Source: a virus | Lineage: Duplodnaviria > Heunggongvirae > Uroviricota > Caudoviricetes | Length of the DNA: 64,000 nt | IMG/VR virus record: IMGVR_UViG_3300037455_000372 | Span: 11,710-75,709 of that record | Reading direction: 5' to 3' (one strand) | In this document: one piece after another, positions 48,373-56,358 of the stretch | Numbering within the stretch: the first letter of the stretch is position 1 | How the letters are laid out: every line of letters begins with the position of its first letter | Position numbers and translations under genes: made by a program | The notes under the pieces: model-generated | The model's database searches: none | The model's input: the letters and a program-made list of their open reading frames with translations, nothing else | Told to the model about the DNA's origin: nothing

Positions 48373-48950
48373 TTCTTCTCCTTTTTCTTCTTTGCCTTTT
48401 TCTCGGCAGCTTTCGCCGTCTTCTGAGCCTTCCTGATGACCCAAGTGAACTTGTTGATAACCTCAAGTTCAATCTTGTTGATTGTAAGCTCGATTTTATC
48501 TTCGGGGATGACGGTGGCACTCGACAAGTGCTTGACCTTGTGACGCTTGAGTTCTTCTCCGGTACCGAAATCCACGTTCAACGCCGAGTAGTCTGGGTTT
48601 TTCCAAACCGAGATCAGACGGTCGAGAACCAGTTCGAATTCGTCGCCGCCAAGCCAGCGTTCAGCACCGACTACGTGAGCGATACGGTATTCGACGGACT
48701 TCGGCGAACGGTTCTGTTCATCTTCCTCGTACCAAGAGTGTCCCGGAATCTTAATCCAGTGGCCGACAACCGGCTCCAGCAAGTCTCGAATCTTGTTGCT
48801 GTCCTTGATTTCGTCAATCGAATGCAGCTCTTGTTCGAGACGTTGAATCTCGGCGAAATGTTCGTCGCGCATCTGCTGGAGCTTCTCTTGCGGGAGGTCG
48901 AGAAGCGACTTCTGGTAAGGGTCTGTAACTTTAACTTTCTTTATAGGCAT
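48369..48950 (-). CDS. hypothetical protein with Lys-rich C-terminal tail (KKAKKKKEKK)
   Basis: start MPIKKVK after GAGGAAA; variant motif GAATATAGCAA 48970-48980 upstream. Confidence 0.5.
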   Translation of the reverse strand: MPIKKVKVTDPYQKSLLDLPQEKLQQMRDEHFAEIQRLEQELHSIDEIKDSNKIRDLLEPVVGHWIKIPGHSWYEEDEQNRSPKSVEYRIAHVVGAERWLGGDEFELVLDRLISVWKNPDYSALNVDFGTGEELKRHKVKHLSSATVIPEDKIELTINKIELEVINKFTWVIRKAQKTAKAAEKKAKKKKEKK

Positions 48951-49024
48951 AGGCCATTTCCTCTGACTTGAATATAGCAATTTGCACCGATCTTGTCAAC
49001 ACTAAAATATCGAAATAAAACAAA

Positions 49025-49062
49025 AAAGCGGCCTCCGAAGAGACCGCTTCTTCAGCCTTATC
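49025..49062 (-). terminator. rho-independent terminator (minus strand): GCGGTCTC-TTCG-GAGGCCGC followed by TTTTTTGTTTTATTT
   Basis: GC-rich hairpin plus U-run read on the minus strand. Confidence 0.6.
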
Positions 49063-49514
49063 CATAGTTGCTGCCTATGGGCGCGACTTGTATTGATGAG
49101 ACCACGTCGCGTACTTTTTGTTTGGTTAAATGGTGGGCGGCACACGATACCTTTTTGCATTGATTTCTTAAAAGGAAATTGCATAAGTTGTGTTGCTGCG
49201 TGTATCGTTACCCCACGGAGGTTCGAAGCTCCGTAAGACCGCCGAAATCCGTGGGACACGGTGCGTTTGTGCTTCCAATGCGCGGAATTGATTAGTTGCT
49301 GTATGCACCGTTAAGTCCCGGTGCGATAGAACCCAAGATACTTTATTGTTACGCCGCTCTAACCAACTGAGCTATGCCGCATCGTCAGCGATAAACGCTT
49401 CCAATTTATAGCGGCAGCAGGACTCGAACCTACGACACACGCCTTGATATGGATGGTTTTGTTGCTGCTGGCATCTTTACCGATTCTATCGCAAATCCTT
49501 AGAGTAAATCTTAG

Positions 49515-49587
49515 TAGCTCGTTGCGGATTCGAACCGCAGTGCCAGCCTTGAGAGGGCTGTGACCTAGGCCGCTAGTCTAACGAGCC
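49515..49587 (-). tRNA. tRNA-Glu (anticodon CTC)
   Basis: acceptor GGCTCGT/ACGAGCT, Glu-like D-arm GACT-AGCGGCCTA-GGTC, anticodon arm CAGCC-CTCTCAA-GGCTG, T-arm TGCGG-TTCGAAT-CCGCA. Confidence 0.6.
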
Positions 49588-49725
49588 AAAAAGACAAGGT
49601 GCTATTCGCTTTACTTATCTGAGCCTAGTTCAGAGGTATAGGTTGTGTTGCTGTAAGCACCTTTAAACTCTTTTTGTCAAACATCAGATTCAGTCTCGCT
49701 GAATCATTACGAACCAAATATAGAT

Positions 49726-50274
49726 TTAGATTTTGAGGTTGTCAAGGGGTTTTGGTGAATTTTTATCGTTTTTCTTTCCGCCCAGCTTACCGTTTATATA
49801 ATTGGTCGCAATCGCGAAAACTGCGCCAGACGCCATTCCGATAAAATGGTTCATATGGCCGATCCCATCCGCCTTTCCGGTCGCCATAAGCTCCTGACCG
49901 CCATACGTCACCACGACAAACAATCCGCATAAAGAGAACATATGCTTGGAATCGGCCATCAAGTTCAGCATAAACAGTGCGAACACGAACGCCGACATAC
50001 CGATGCCGTACTGGTTCACCAGTCCCTGATACAGCGAATCCACCCAGCAAGTGAACAAGAAGGCCAGCAGATAGCTAACCTTGCCATAGCTGCGCTCCAC
50101 CATCGGACTCAAAACGGCAAACAGCATACTGTTGTTAAGCCAATGGTTAAAGTCGCCGTGCATAAAGGCCGACGTGACCATATTGTACGGAATGTCGCTC
50201 TTGCATAGCAGACCGACTAAGGACAGCACAATGAAAGTGACCGACAGTATCTCGTCCTTGAGCACATTAAGCAT
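49726..50274 (-). CDS. rhomboid-like intramembrane protein
   Basis: polytopic; HGDFNHWLNNSMLF (H..H..N block), GIGMSAF (GxSx), GHMNHFIGMASG (His region). Confidence 0.5.
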   Translation of the reverse strand: MLNVLKDEILSVTFIVLSLVGLLCKSDIPYNMVTSAFMHGDFNHWLNNSMLFAVLSPMVERSYGKVSYLLAFLFTCWVDSLYQGLVNQYGIGMSAFVFALFMLNLMADSKHMFSLCGLFVVVTYGGQELMATGKADGIGHMNHFIGMASGAVFAIATNYINGKLGGKKNDKNSPKPLDNLKI

Positions 50275-51136
50275 TTTTCATCTTCCTCTTGTATTCCTCG
50301 ACTTCCCTCAAGAACTGCTGACGGTTCCCACCGAAGTACGCCTTCTTCGCACCCTCGATCCGGTCGGACAGAGCATTCCAAGTAATCGTCTTCGACGATT
50401 CGTCGCACAAGTATGACTTTACCGCCGTAATCATCTTCGACACCGTCTTAGGGTCGTTCGGGTAGAGGCGTACGCCAAAGACTTGAGACTCGGAGATGCG
50501 CGGAAGACCGGTCTCTACCGGAAGGTACGAATAGAACTCGATCTTGGTCATCTTTACGGCAAACGTAAAGTTGTCAAACGGAACCACATTGAACTTCAGA
50601 TAGCTCGTATTGCCGTATGCACTTATACATTCAAACAACAACCCATCGAACTCGTCTCGGATTACAGTAACCAATGACCTAGAATCCATCTTCTTGATGG
50701 TTTCGCCGTCAAATGTAGCATAACGGCGATTTTTATCCATCGTTACTACGCTTTCGACCAAGTCCATATGGTTCTCGAACTCAAGCATACGCTTATGCAC
50801 GAGCTTGTCGAACTTTTCTGGGTCGGTAAAGATTTCGAACTTACCTTTGGCTTTCAGGTCGTTAATGCATTGGATAGTGTAGCCGACGGTTTCTTCGTGT
50901 TTAAACTGTGGATACGAGCATTGGCTTACGCGAAGAACATTTCCTTCAAACCATACAGTGTTGGAGTCAGTGGTCGTGCTTACTTCCGTAAACAAATCGT
51001 TCTCAAGCAAAAGACACTTGCCTTTCACCGCCTTAACCAATTCCTTCAAGCCCTGCTTCCCTTGCAACCGCTCAATCTGGGCATTGATTTCCTTAGCTTG
51101 TTCTTTCAGCTTGTCGAGTTCGGTGTTCTTGGCCAT
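50267..51136 (-). CDS. hypothetical protein (289 aa)
   Basis: minus ORF. Confidence 0.5.
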   Translation of the reverse strand: MAKNTELDKLKEQAKEINAQIERLQGKQGLKELVKAVKGKCLLLENDLFTEVSTTTDSNTVWFEGNVLRVSQCSYPQFKHEETVGYTIQCINDLKAKGKFEIFTDPEKFDKLVHKRMLEFENHMDLVESVVTMDKNRRYATFDGETIKKMDSRSLVTVIRDEFDGLLFECISAYGNTSYLKFNVVPFDNFTFAVKMTKIEFYSYLPVETGLPRISESQVFGVRLYPNDPKTVSKMITAVKSYLCDESSKTITWNALSDRIEGAKKAYFGGNRQQFLREVEEYKRKMKNA

Positions 51137-51138
51137 AA

Positions 51139-51576
51139 TTACCCCTTATAGAGCTGATACTTTTTGCTCAAAGTACGACTAGTCTCGTCGGGCAACGGCT
51201 TGAACCAGATTCCGACGCGGCAATACTTGTTGCCTTTCTCGTCTACGGCCTCCGGAGTCAGCTCCGTCAAGCAAGCGTCGTCGATAAAGTCATAGTCGGT
51301 TCCCTTGACCAGACCCATTTCCTTGGCGACATCCTCCACCTTCATCAAGTGGTTAAGATTCTTCGCCTCGCAGATGGTCTTGACGAACAGACCTTGGATA
51401 TACTCTTCCATCGTCTTTGTATCGAGTTCGAACGTCACTTGGTATACACCGTCGTCCTCCATCGAATTCGTGGAAATAAGGCGGGTCCAGTAACCCTCGG
51501 CACAGTGAGCCACCATCGCGGCAAGCTTACCGGCAGACAAATTCAAGTCCTTTCGGATGATAAATAAACGGCGCAT
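51139..51576 (-). CDS. PTH2-family peptidyl-tRNA hydrolase-like protein
   Basis: FIIRKDLNLSAGKLAAMVAHCAEG matches the PTH2 v.R.DL.m..GKiaAQ..HA opening block. Confidence 0.55.
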   Translation of the reverse strand: MRRLFIIRKDLNLSAGKLAAMVAHCAEGYWTRLISTNSMEDDGVYQVTFELDTKTMEEYIQGLFVKTICEAKNLNHLMKVEDVAKEMGLVKGTDYDFIDDACLTELTPEAVDEKGNKYCRVGIWFKPLPDETSRTLSKKYQLYKG

Positions 51577-52505
51577 TACTTCTCCGTCTTGTTATTAGTC
51601 TTCAACCATTCTTGGAAATACCAGAGCTGTCCACAACCGCCTCCGATGTCGTCCTGACCCGCCGGGTTGAACACACGGAGCGACACGCCACGGGAAAGCA
51701 AGGCATCCTTGAAGTTATTGATAACCTCAAGCTGACGGTCGATACTGGCGGCCACCGTCTCGTCCTTCGAGCAGATGACGCTCAAGGTCGTCTCCCATAC
51801 CTTCGGGTCGAACAGGTCTACCAAGCGTTCGGCATCCTCGACGGCGTTGTTGCCTTCGTGGACACAGTAGTTGTAAAACGGCTTTCTACCCACATAGGAC
51901 GCCCACATCTCGCCAAGAGAAGCGATCTGACGCAACGTGCTGGTCTTGGTCGGAATGAGCTTCGAACGGTTCTCGTCGGTGCTCTCGTGGACGGAGAACT
52001 GCAGTCCAACCTTGTCGATTTGCTTGGACAATTCGATGAACGACGGCATATTGTGGAGCGAGTCCCAAGTCGGTGCCGATGTCGACACCAGCAACGCGGC
52101 GTTCGGATATTTCTGGTTGAGACGCTTGATGGCACATTCCAGATTGATGTAGTTCATAAACGGCTCGCCCATCGACATAAACATAATCTGGAACTTCTTG
52201 ATTTCCTCGGTATGCGTGTCCTTGAGTACGGAGTCGGCGATCGCAGTCTCGACTTGCTGGACAATCTCGGACGCAGTCAAGTTGCGGACGAAGAACTTAC
52301 CCGTACCGCAGAAGGTACAGCCGACCGGGCAACCGCTCATAACGGAACAACAGATGACCGTGCGTTCCTTGTAGGATCCGTAACGGTACAGAACAGCCTC
52401 GGCGATAGCCGCCTTGCTATGGATGCCCGCATCTTCTTCCTTGGACCATTCGAAAACGTATTTCTTTACATTGGTGTCCGACGACTGGAAAACCTTGTAC
52501 TGCAT
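51576..52505 (-). CDS. RlmN/Cfr-family radical-SAM RNA methyltransferase (N-terminally short, 309 aa)
   Basis: CPVGCTFCGTGKFFVRNLTASEIVQQV (CX3CX2C plus RlmN FNRNL..EI..Q block), IMFMSMGEPFMN (GMGEP), C-terminal GGGCGQL (conserved methyl-carrier Cys). Confidence 0.75.
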   Translation of the reverse strand: MQYKVFQSSDTNVKKYVFEWSKEEDAGIHSKAAIAEAVLYRYGSYKERTVICCSVMSGCPVGCTFCGTGKFFVRNLTASEIVQQVETAIADSVLKDTHTEEIKKFQIMFMSMGEPFMNYINLECAIKRLNQKYPNAALLVSTSAPTWDSLHNMPSFIELSKQIDKVGLQFSVHESTDENRSKLIPTKTSTLRQIASLGEMWASYVGRKPFYNYCVHEGNNAVEDAERLVDLFDPKVWETTLSVICSKDETVAASIDRQLEVINNFKDALLSRGVSLRVFNPAGQDDIGGGCGQLWYFQEWLKTNNKTEK

Positions 52506-52557
52506 ATTTACCTCATTTTTGTAGAAATATAGGTATCTGCAGCACCGTTGTCAAGAC

Positions 52558-52971
52558 TTATCGGTACTTCTTCCGCTTAAAATCGAGCGTCCGTACGAAG
52601 TCCATTACCGTTTTCTGCTTCTCGTTCCATTGATCGAAACATTCTTCGACAGTCAGCGGACGAAACGACGGCCAACGCTTCCGCACCAAAGGTAAAGGTA
52701 TCGGCGTCGTTAAAAGCCGCTCTCGTTCCGCTCGTTGACGCTCGGCTTCCGCGTCCTCGTCCTCCCAACGCTTCACGATATCCGGATATAGCGTGGCTGG
52801 CTCGACTTCAGTCGTGTACGAAACCGGAACCGGCTCCTTCTCTGCCCGGCGAAGGTACGACTCCTCGGCTGAAGCCGAACCGTCGCTACGGAAATAGCCG
52901 ACCAGATAACGCTTAGTTCCGGTCGACAACGAATAATTCTTGTATAGCTTGACTACTTTATCGTATCGCAT
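52558..52971 (-). CDS. hypothetical protein (137 aa)
   Basis: minus ORF. Confidence 0.45.
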   Translation of the reverse strand: MRYDKVVKLYKNYSLSTGTKRYLVGYFRSDGSASAEESYLRRAEKEPVPVSYTTEVEPATLYPDIVKRWEDEDAEAERQRAERERLLTTPIPLPLVRKRWPSFRPLTVEECFDQWNEKQKTVMDFVRTLDFKRKKYR

Positions 52972-53009
52972 ATAGCCAAGTTAGCTATTTGATATTTGAA
53001 ATTCAATTA

Positions 53010-53086
53010 GAGCACTCGGACAGGCTCGAACTGTCGATCATGCGGTTGCGGCGCATTGCCTTTAAAAACCAACTTGGCTACGAGTG
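53010..53086 (-). tRNA. tRNA-Cys (anticodon GCA), extended D-loop
   Basis: acceptor GCACTCG/CGAGTGC, anticodon arm ATGCG-CCGCAAC-CGCAT, T-arm GACAG-TTCGAGC-CTGTC. Confidence 0.55.
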
Positions 53087-53091
53087 CTTAA

Positions 53092-53164
53092 ATATGGCGA
53101 CCCAGACTCGAACTGGGGTAAACGCTTTTAGGAGAAGCGCACATATCCAACTATGCTATCGCCA
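53092..53164 (-). tRNA. tRNA-Arg (anticodon CCT)
   Basis: acceptor GTGGCGA/TCGCCAT, anticodon arm CGCTT-CTCCTAA-AAGCG, T-arm CCCAG-TTCGAGT-CTGGG. Confidence 0.6.
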
Positions 53165-53168
53165 CATA

Positions 53169-53255
53169 ATACCGACGCCCAGACTCGAACTGGGATGGGA
53201 CTTGATGTCCCGGACGATTAGAAGTCGTCTGCACTATCCAATTATGCGACGCCGG
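53169..53255 (-). tRNA. type-II-like tRNA (18-nt variable stem-loop GGGAC-ATCAA-GTCCC) with anticodon TCT
   Basis: acceptor GCCGGCG/CGTCGGT, D-arm GCAT-AATTGGATA-GTGC, anticodon arm GACGA-CTTCTAA-TCGTC perfect, T-arm CCCAG-TTCGAGT-CTGGG. Confidence 0.5.
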
Positions 53256-53262
53256 CAAAAGA

Positions 53263-53598
53263 CTAACGCCTTACCGGTCTACACACGAACATACATCGGT
53301 CGCTTCCCCATAAAGTCTTGGGAGCATTACCGTCAAAACCACGGATGTCAATCGTGACAATACCGTCGGAATACTGGAAACCGTTGCCGTCGGCAATGCC
53401 TTCCACCTTTTCCGTGCCGGATTCAAATACAGAATAACCGAACGAGTTGCCTTCCCCGGCAACGTCGGAACCCTTCTGGCGAAGATACAGCTTCGCCTTT
53501 TCCATATCGCACCCGGTAGCCTCCAGTGCTTCCTTGCACAGAGCTACGCTGACTTGCGTCTGGTCACGGAGTTCCTTAATCTGTTCCAATGTTGCCAT
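53263..53598 (-). CDS. EF-Ts N-terminal (EF-Tu-binding, UBA-like) domain protein
   Basis: MATLEQIKELRDQTQVSVALCKEALEATGCDMEKAKLYLRQKG parallels EF-Ts N-term ...VKELRERTGAGMMDCKKAL.E..GD.E.A...LR.KG; only ~110 aa, no EF-Ts core; AAGGAA RBS before ATG 53598. Confidence 0.55.
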   Translation of the reverse strand: MATLEQIKELRDQTQVSVALCKEALEATGCDMEKAKLYLRQKGSDVAGEGNSFGYSVFESGTEKVEGIADGNGFQYSDGIVTIDIRGFDGNAPKTLWGSDRCMFVCRPVRR

Positions 53599-53656
53599 AG
53601 TTATTCCTTGCTTAATTCCTACAGAGTGACACTTCGGATAACCCCTCAACTTCGGA

Positions 53657-53872
53657 CTATACTAAATCCCAAAAGTTGTCTTGCAGAAGCTGCATATCTT
53701 CCGGATCCAAATCCTTCTGGTCGTTCAAGAACCGCTCCGCAAAGTCCTCAAGCTTCCGCTTCGCGGACCGTCTGAGCCGCTTGCGTCCCTTGTTGTGCTT
53801 CGGCGTACTGGTGTCGTGCTCGTGGTTGACATCGTCGGTTCCGCGTTCTTTCGCCCAAATCTTGTCACCCAT
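53657..53872 (-). CDS. hypothetical basic protein (71 aa)
   Basis: minus ORF. Confidence 0.4.
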   Translation of the reverse strand: MGDKIWAKERGTDDVNHEHDTSTPKHNKGRKRLRRSAKRKLEDFAERFLNDQKDLDPEDMQLLQDNFWDLV

Positions 53873-54098
53873 AGTCTTCTTCCTTCGGCGGTTCCATCGT
53901 TGCCACCAGCTTTATACCAACCAGTTTAGGCTGTGGCGGCAGATTCTTCGGCGTCAAATCGAGTGCTAGATAACAGGGTTCTGTAAAAGTGAACTTATAC
54001 TCGAACTTTTCCGGAGGATATCTCCTCTGGACTTCCGCTATTTGTGCTTTCGCTCGTGGTGACAAGCGATTCTCGATTTGTTTATCCATATCCGTCAC
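53865..54098 (-). CDS. hypothetical protein (77 aa)
   Basis: minus ORF. Confidence 0.4.
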   Translation of the reverse strand: MTDMDKQIENRLSPRAKAQIAEVQRRYPPEKFEYKFTFTEPCYLALDLTPKNLPPQPKLVGIKLVATMEPPKEEDYG

Positions 54099-54172
54099 GA
54101 AAGACTTGAACTTTCACGCCTCGCGGCACCAGATCCTAAATCTGGCGGGTCTACCTGTTCCCCCAGTAACGG
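54091..54172 (-). tRNA. tRNA-Leu (anticodon TAG), type II
   Basis: acceptor CCGTTAC/GTGACGG, anticodon arm CCAGA-TTTAGGA-TCTGG, long variable arm, T-arm GAAAG-TTCAAGT-CTTTC. Confidence 0.6.
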
Positions 54173-54175
54173 GAA

Positions 54176-54246
54176 TTGAGCTACCAGGATTCGAACCTAG
54201 AATACCGGAATCAAAATCCGATGTGTTACCGTTACACCATAGCTCA
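54176..54246 (-). tRNA. tRNA-Gln (anticodon TTG)
   Basis: U1-A72 acceptor TGAGCTA/TAGCTCA, anticodon arm TCGGA-TTTTGAT-TCCGG, T-arm CTAGG-TTCGAAT-CCTGG. Confidence 0.6.
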
Positions 54247-54260
54247 GAATAAATATATTA

Positions 54261-55505
54261 CTATTCAGGTTTAATGTCAAACTGGTTCAATTTACGTCGG
54301 AAATACTTCCCTTTAAATTCATCTGGAAACCGGTTTAAAGTCGCTTCAATAACTCTTTTGGTCAAATGAGTTACTTGTTCGACTTTTCCTACCCAACCAA
54401 ATTTCATTAAATCGACACCGCTATTCAGTATTAACTCTTTTCGGTGATTCCATTCTAAGTTAGGCACCCCCTTTCCATCGATATGCCCATCTACACGTAT
54501 TAAACCATTTTGTTCAGAAAGTTTCCGCTTACTCGCATATTCTTCGATTTCAACCTTACGCTTTTCTGAATTTCTAGGTGTAGTTTTATGTTTTTTAAGT
54601 ATAGCACCTTGATTAACTGGAACATAAATCTGAGGCAGAGTATTCGTAGTATTCGAAATAAATGCCTTAATGTAGGATGCAACGATTTGTTTACGATCAT
54701 CATCCGACAGTTTCTTATACAATTTCCAACGAATTCGTCCGATTAGAAACCACCCATTCTTAGCTAATTCGGCAGTCCGGTTTGCGTCATACTCCAACCC
54801 ATCTGGTGTGTAATGAGATTCGCCATCAACTTCAAAGTATACTTTATTTGTTAAATTAGCAAAATCCAATAAATATCCACACGCACGATAGTTATTCCGC
54901 CACACAACGGTAGAATTCAATTCCTTTACTAATATATCATAAAAATACTGTTCAGCATAACTACGATGAATATGCGGATTAACCCACGTAGAACTACCAC
55001 GACCGTCTGCAATTTGTTTCTTCCGAGATTCGCTCAATTTATGACGCGTTTCTTCTGAACAAGGTTTCCTTTTCAATGTTCCATCAAGAATCCGTTGTCT
55101 AACATTCAACAAAGTTTTACGATGAATATCTGGGTCATACGTTCTACCCAAAGAATCAACCGGTAACTGACGTTTCGCATCACATTCCAAATAATGTTTA
55201 GCTAACTTACGCTTGCTTTCACAAACACCCAAACAATATTTACAGACCCAACCCCGGCTAGATTCAGTAGACCCTTTATGTCTATACTTATCCGAACAAT
55301 ATTTACCGTGTTCATCTATCCTGTGCCTATCACGATCTCGGCTCGTTTTAAAAAAGTTATGGCATATCGGGCATTCCCACGAATATGGTTTAGGTCTATT
55401 TTTGATAATATCCGCGTGCTCAATATGATGATGTTTACGCAATTCGTCTCGTGTACGGCAAGGAAACCCACATTTCGGACATATCCATTTCTTTTGTAAC
55501 TGCAT
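54261..55505 (-). CDS. homing-endonuclease-like protein: N-terminal C2H2 zinc fingers + C-terminal Vsr/DUF559-like PD-(D/E)xK nuclease fold
   Basis: CPKCGF..H..HH and CPICHNFF..H..H fingers; YFEVDGESHYTPDGLEYDANRTAELAKNGWFLIGRIRW resembles Vsr-like endonuclease core; strongly AT-rich versus flanks; variant promoter GTATAGCAAT 55531-55540. Confidence 0.5.
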   Translation of the reverse strand: MQLQKKWICPKCGFPCRTRDELRKHHHIEHADIIKNRPKPYSWECPICHNFFKTSRDRDRHRIDEHGKYCSDKYRHKGSTESSRGWVCKYCLGVCESKRKLAKHYLECDAKRQLPVDSLGRTYDPDIHRKTLLNVRQRILDGTLKRKPCSEETRHKLSESRKKQIADGRGSSTWVNPHIHRSYAEQYFYDILVKELNSTVVWRNNYRACGYLLDFANLTNKVYFEVDGESHYTPDGLEYDANRTAELAKNGWFLIGRIRWKLYKKLSDDDRKQIVASYIKAFISNTTNTLPQIYVPVNQGAILKKHKTTPRNSEKRKVEIEEYASKRKLSEQNGLIRVDGHIDGKGVPNLEWNHRKELILNSGVDLMKFGWVGKVEQVTHLTKRVIEATLNRFPDEFKGKYFRRKLNQFDIKPE

Positions 55506-55674
55506 AAAACCTCAATAAAGAATGTCCTCGGTATAGCAATATTGTGGCACTCTGCATATACCGAGGACATCGAAAACTTTATTGGTTTCTACAAGACCGT
55601 GAGTGCCACCTAACGCTCTTATATACCAGTTTATATGTCCTAAATTAGTTCAATTTAATTTTAATTTCAATTAG

Positions 55675-55748
55675 TCCCCGGAGAAGGAGTCGAACCTTCA
55701 AATTAGTGGTTTTGAATCACTCGCCTATGCCAATTCGGCTATCTGGGG
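55675..55748 (-). tRNA. 74-nt class-I-shaped tRNA with anticodon CAA (Leu codon UUG) but no long variable arm
   Basis: acceptor CCCCAGA/TCCGGGG, anticodon hairpin AGTG(A)-TTCAAAA-(C)CACT, T-arm GAAGG-TTCGACT-CCTTC. Confidence 0.45.
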
Positions 55749-55754
55749 TTATAG

Positions 55755-55828
55755 TCCACCGAGAAGGAATCGAACCTTCAAAACCACGACTCTGAATCGT
55801 GTACCTATGCCAGTTCGGTTATCGGCGG
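55755..55828 (-). tRNA. 74-nt class-I-shaped tRNA with anticodon CAG (Leu codon CUG) but no long variable arm
   Basis: acceptor CCGCCGA/TCGGTGG, anticodon arm CACGA-TTCAGAG-TCGTG perfect, T-arm GAAGG-TTCGATT-CCTTC; paralog of previous gene. Confidence 0.5.
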
Positions 55829-55837
55829 ATAAATTAG

Positions 55838-55908
55838 AGCATCATTCGAGACTCGAACTCGAACCAGCAGAGTGGAAATCTGCGAGGCGACCATTACCCC
55901 AATGATGC
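55838..55908 (-). tRNA. tRNA-Gly (anticodon TCC)
   Basis: acceptor GCATCAT/ATGATGC, anticodon arm GCAGA-TTTCCAC-TCTGC, T-arm TCGAG-TTCGAGT-CTCGA. Confidence 0.6.
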
Positions 55909-55912
55909 ATAG

Positions 55913-56006
55913 TGCGGGTAGGGGGATTCGAACCCAAATTCCGACTCCGCGATTAAAAGTCGCGTACTCTTGGCGTAGAACGCACTACCAGCTGAGTTAT
56001 ACCCGC
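55913..56006 (-). pseudogene. 94-nt tRNA-like element: perfect acceptor GCGGGTA/TACCCGC and Lys-type anticodon arm CGCGA-CTTTTAA-TCGCG, but a 17-nt insertion after the D-arm and a weak T-stem
   Basis: hand fold; cannot be made canonical. Confidence 0.35.
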
Positions 56007-56085
56007 ATAATTCGCAGCTGATAGGCAGCTGTCACCTTTATAATCGTTTCAATTTAAGTTTCTTCATTGTCGATTTCTCCTATAG

Positions 56086-56169
56086 TCTCCCAAGTCGGAC
56101 TTGAACCGGCACGCTATTACTAGCAAGGGATTTTAAGTCCCCAGTGTCTACCTATTCCACCACTGGGAG
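56086..56169 (-). tRNA. tRNA-Leu (anticodon TAA), type II
   Basis: acceptor CTCCCAG/TTGGGAG, anticodon arm GGGGA-CTTAAAA-TCCCT, long variable arm. Confidence 0.6.
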
Positions 56170-56181
56170 CAAGTTGTTTAG

Positions 56182-56264
56182 TCTCGATGGCTGGACTTGA
56201 ACCAAGCACTCTGTTACGAACCAGCCCCTCAAGCTGGCGGGTCTACCAATTCCCCCACATCGAG
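56182..56264 (-). tRNA. tRNA-Leu (anticodon GAG), type II
   Basis: acceptor CTCGATG/CATCGAG, anticodon arm CCAGC-TTGAGGG-GCTGG, long variable arm. Confidence 0.6.
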
Positions 56265-56275
56265 ATAAAAGTTAG

Positions 56276-56346
56276 AGCACCTATCCGGATTCGAACCGGA
56301 GCTTTCTCACAGGCAATGAGAAGTGCTACCACTACATCATAGGTGC
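56276..56346 (-). tRNA. tRNA-Gly (anticodon GCC)
   Basis: acceptor GCACCTA/TAGGTGC, anticodon arm TCTCA-TTGCCTG-TGAGA, T-arm CTCCGG-TTCGAAT-CCGGAT. Confidence 0.6.
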
Positions 56347-56358
56347 ATAAAATGTTAG

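Noticed and set aside
49002-49259. 85-aa minus-strand ORF
   Set aside because: Overlaps the strong rho-independent terminator at 49025..49062 and lies in a tRNA-fragment/structured spacer; basic, low-complexity translation; no promoter motif.
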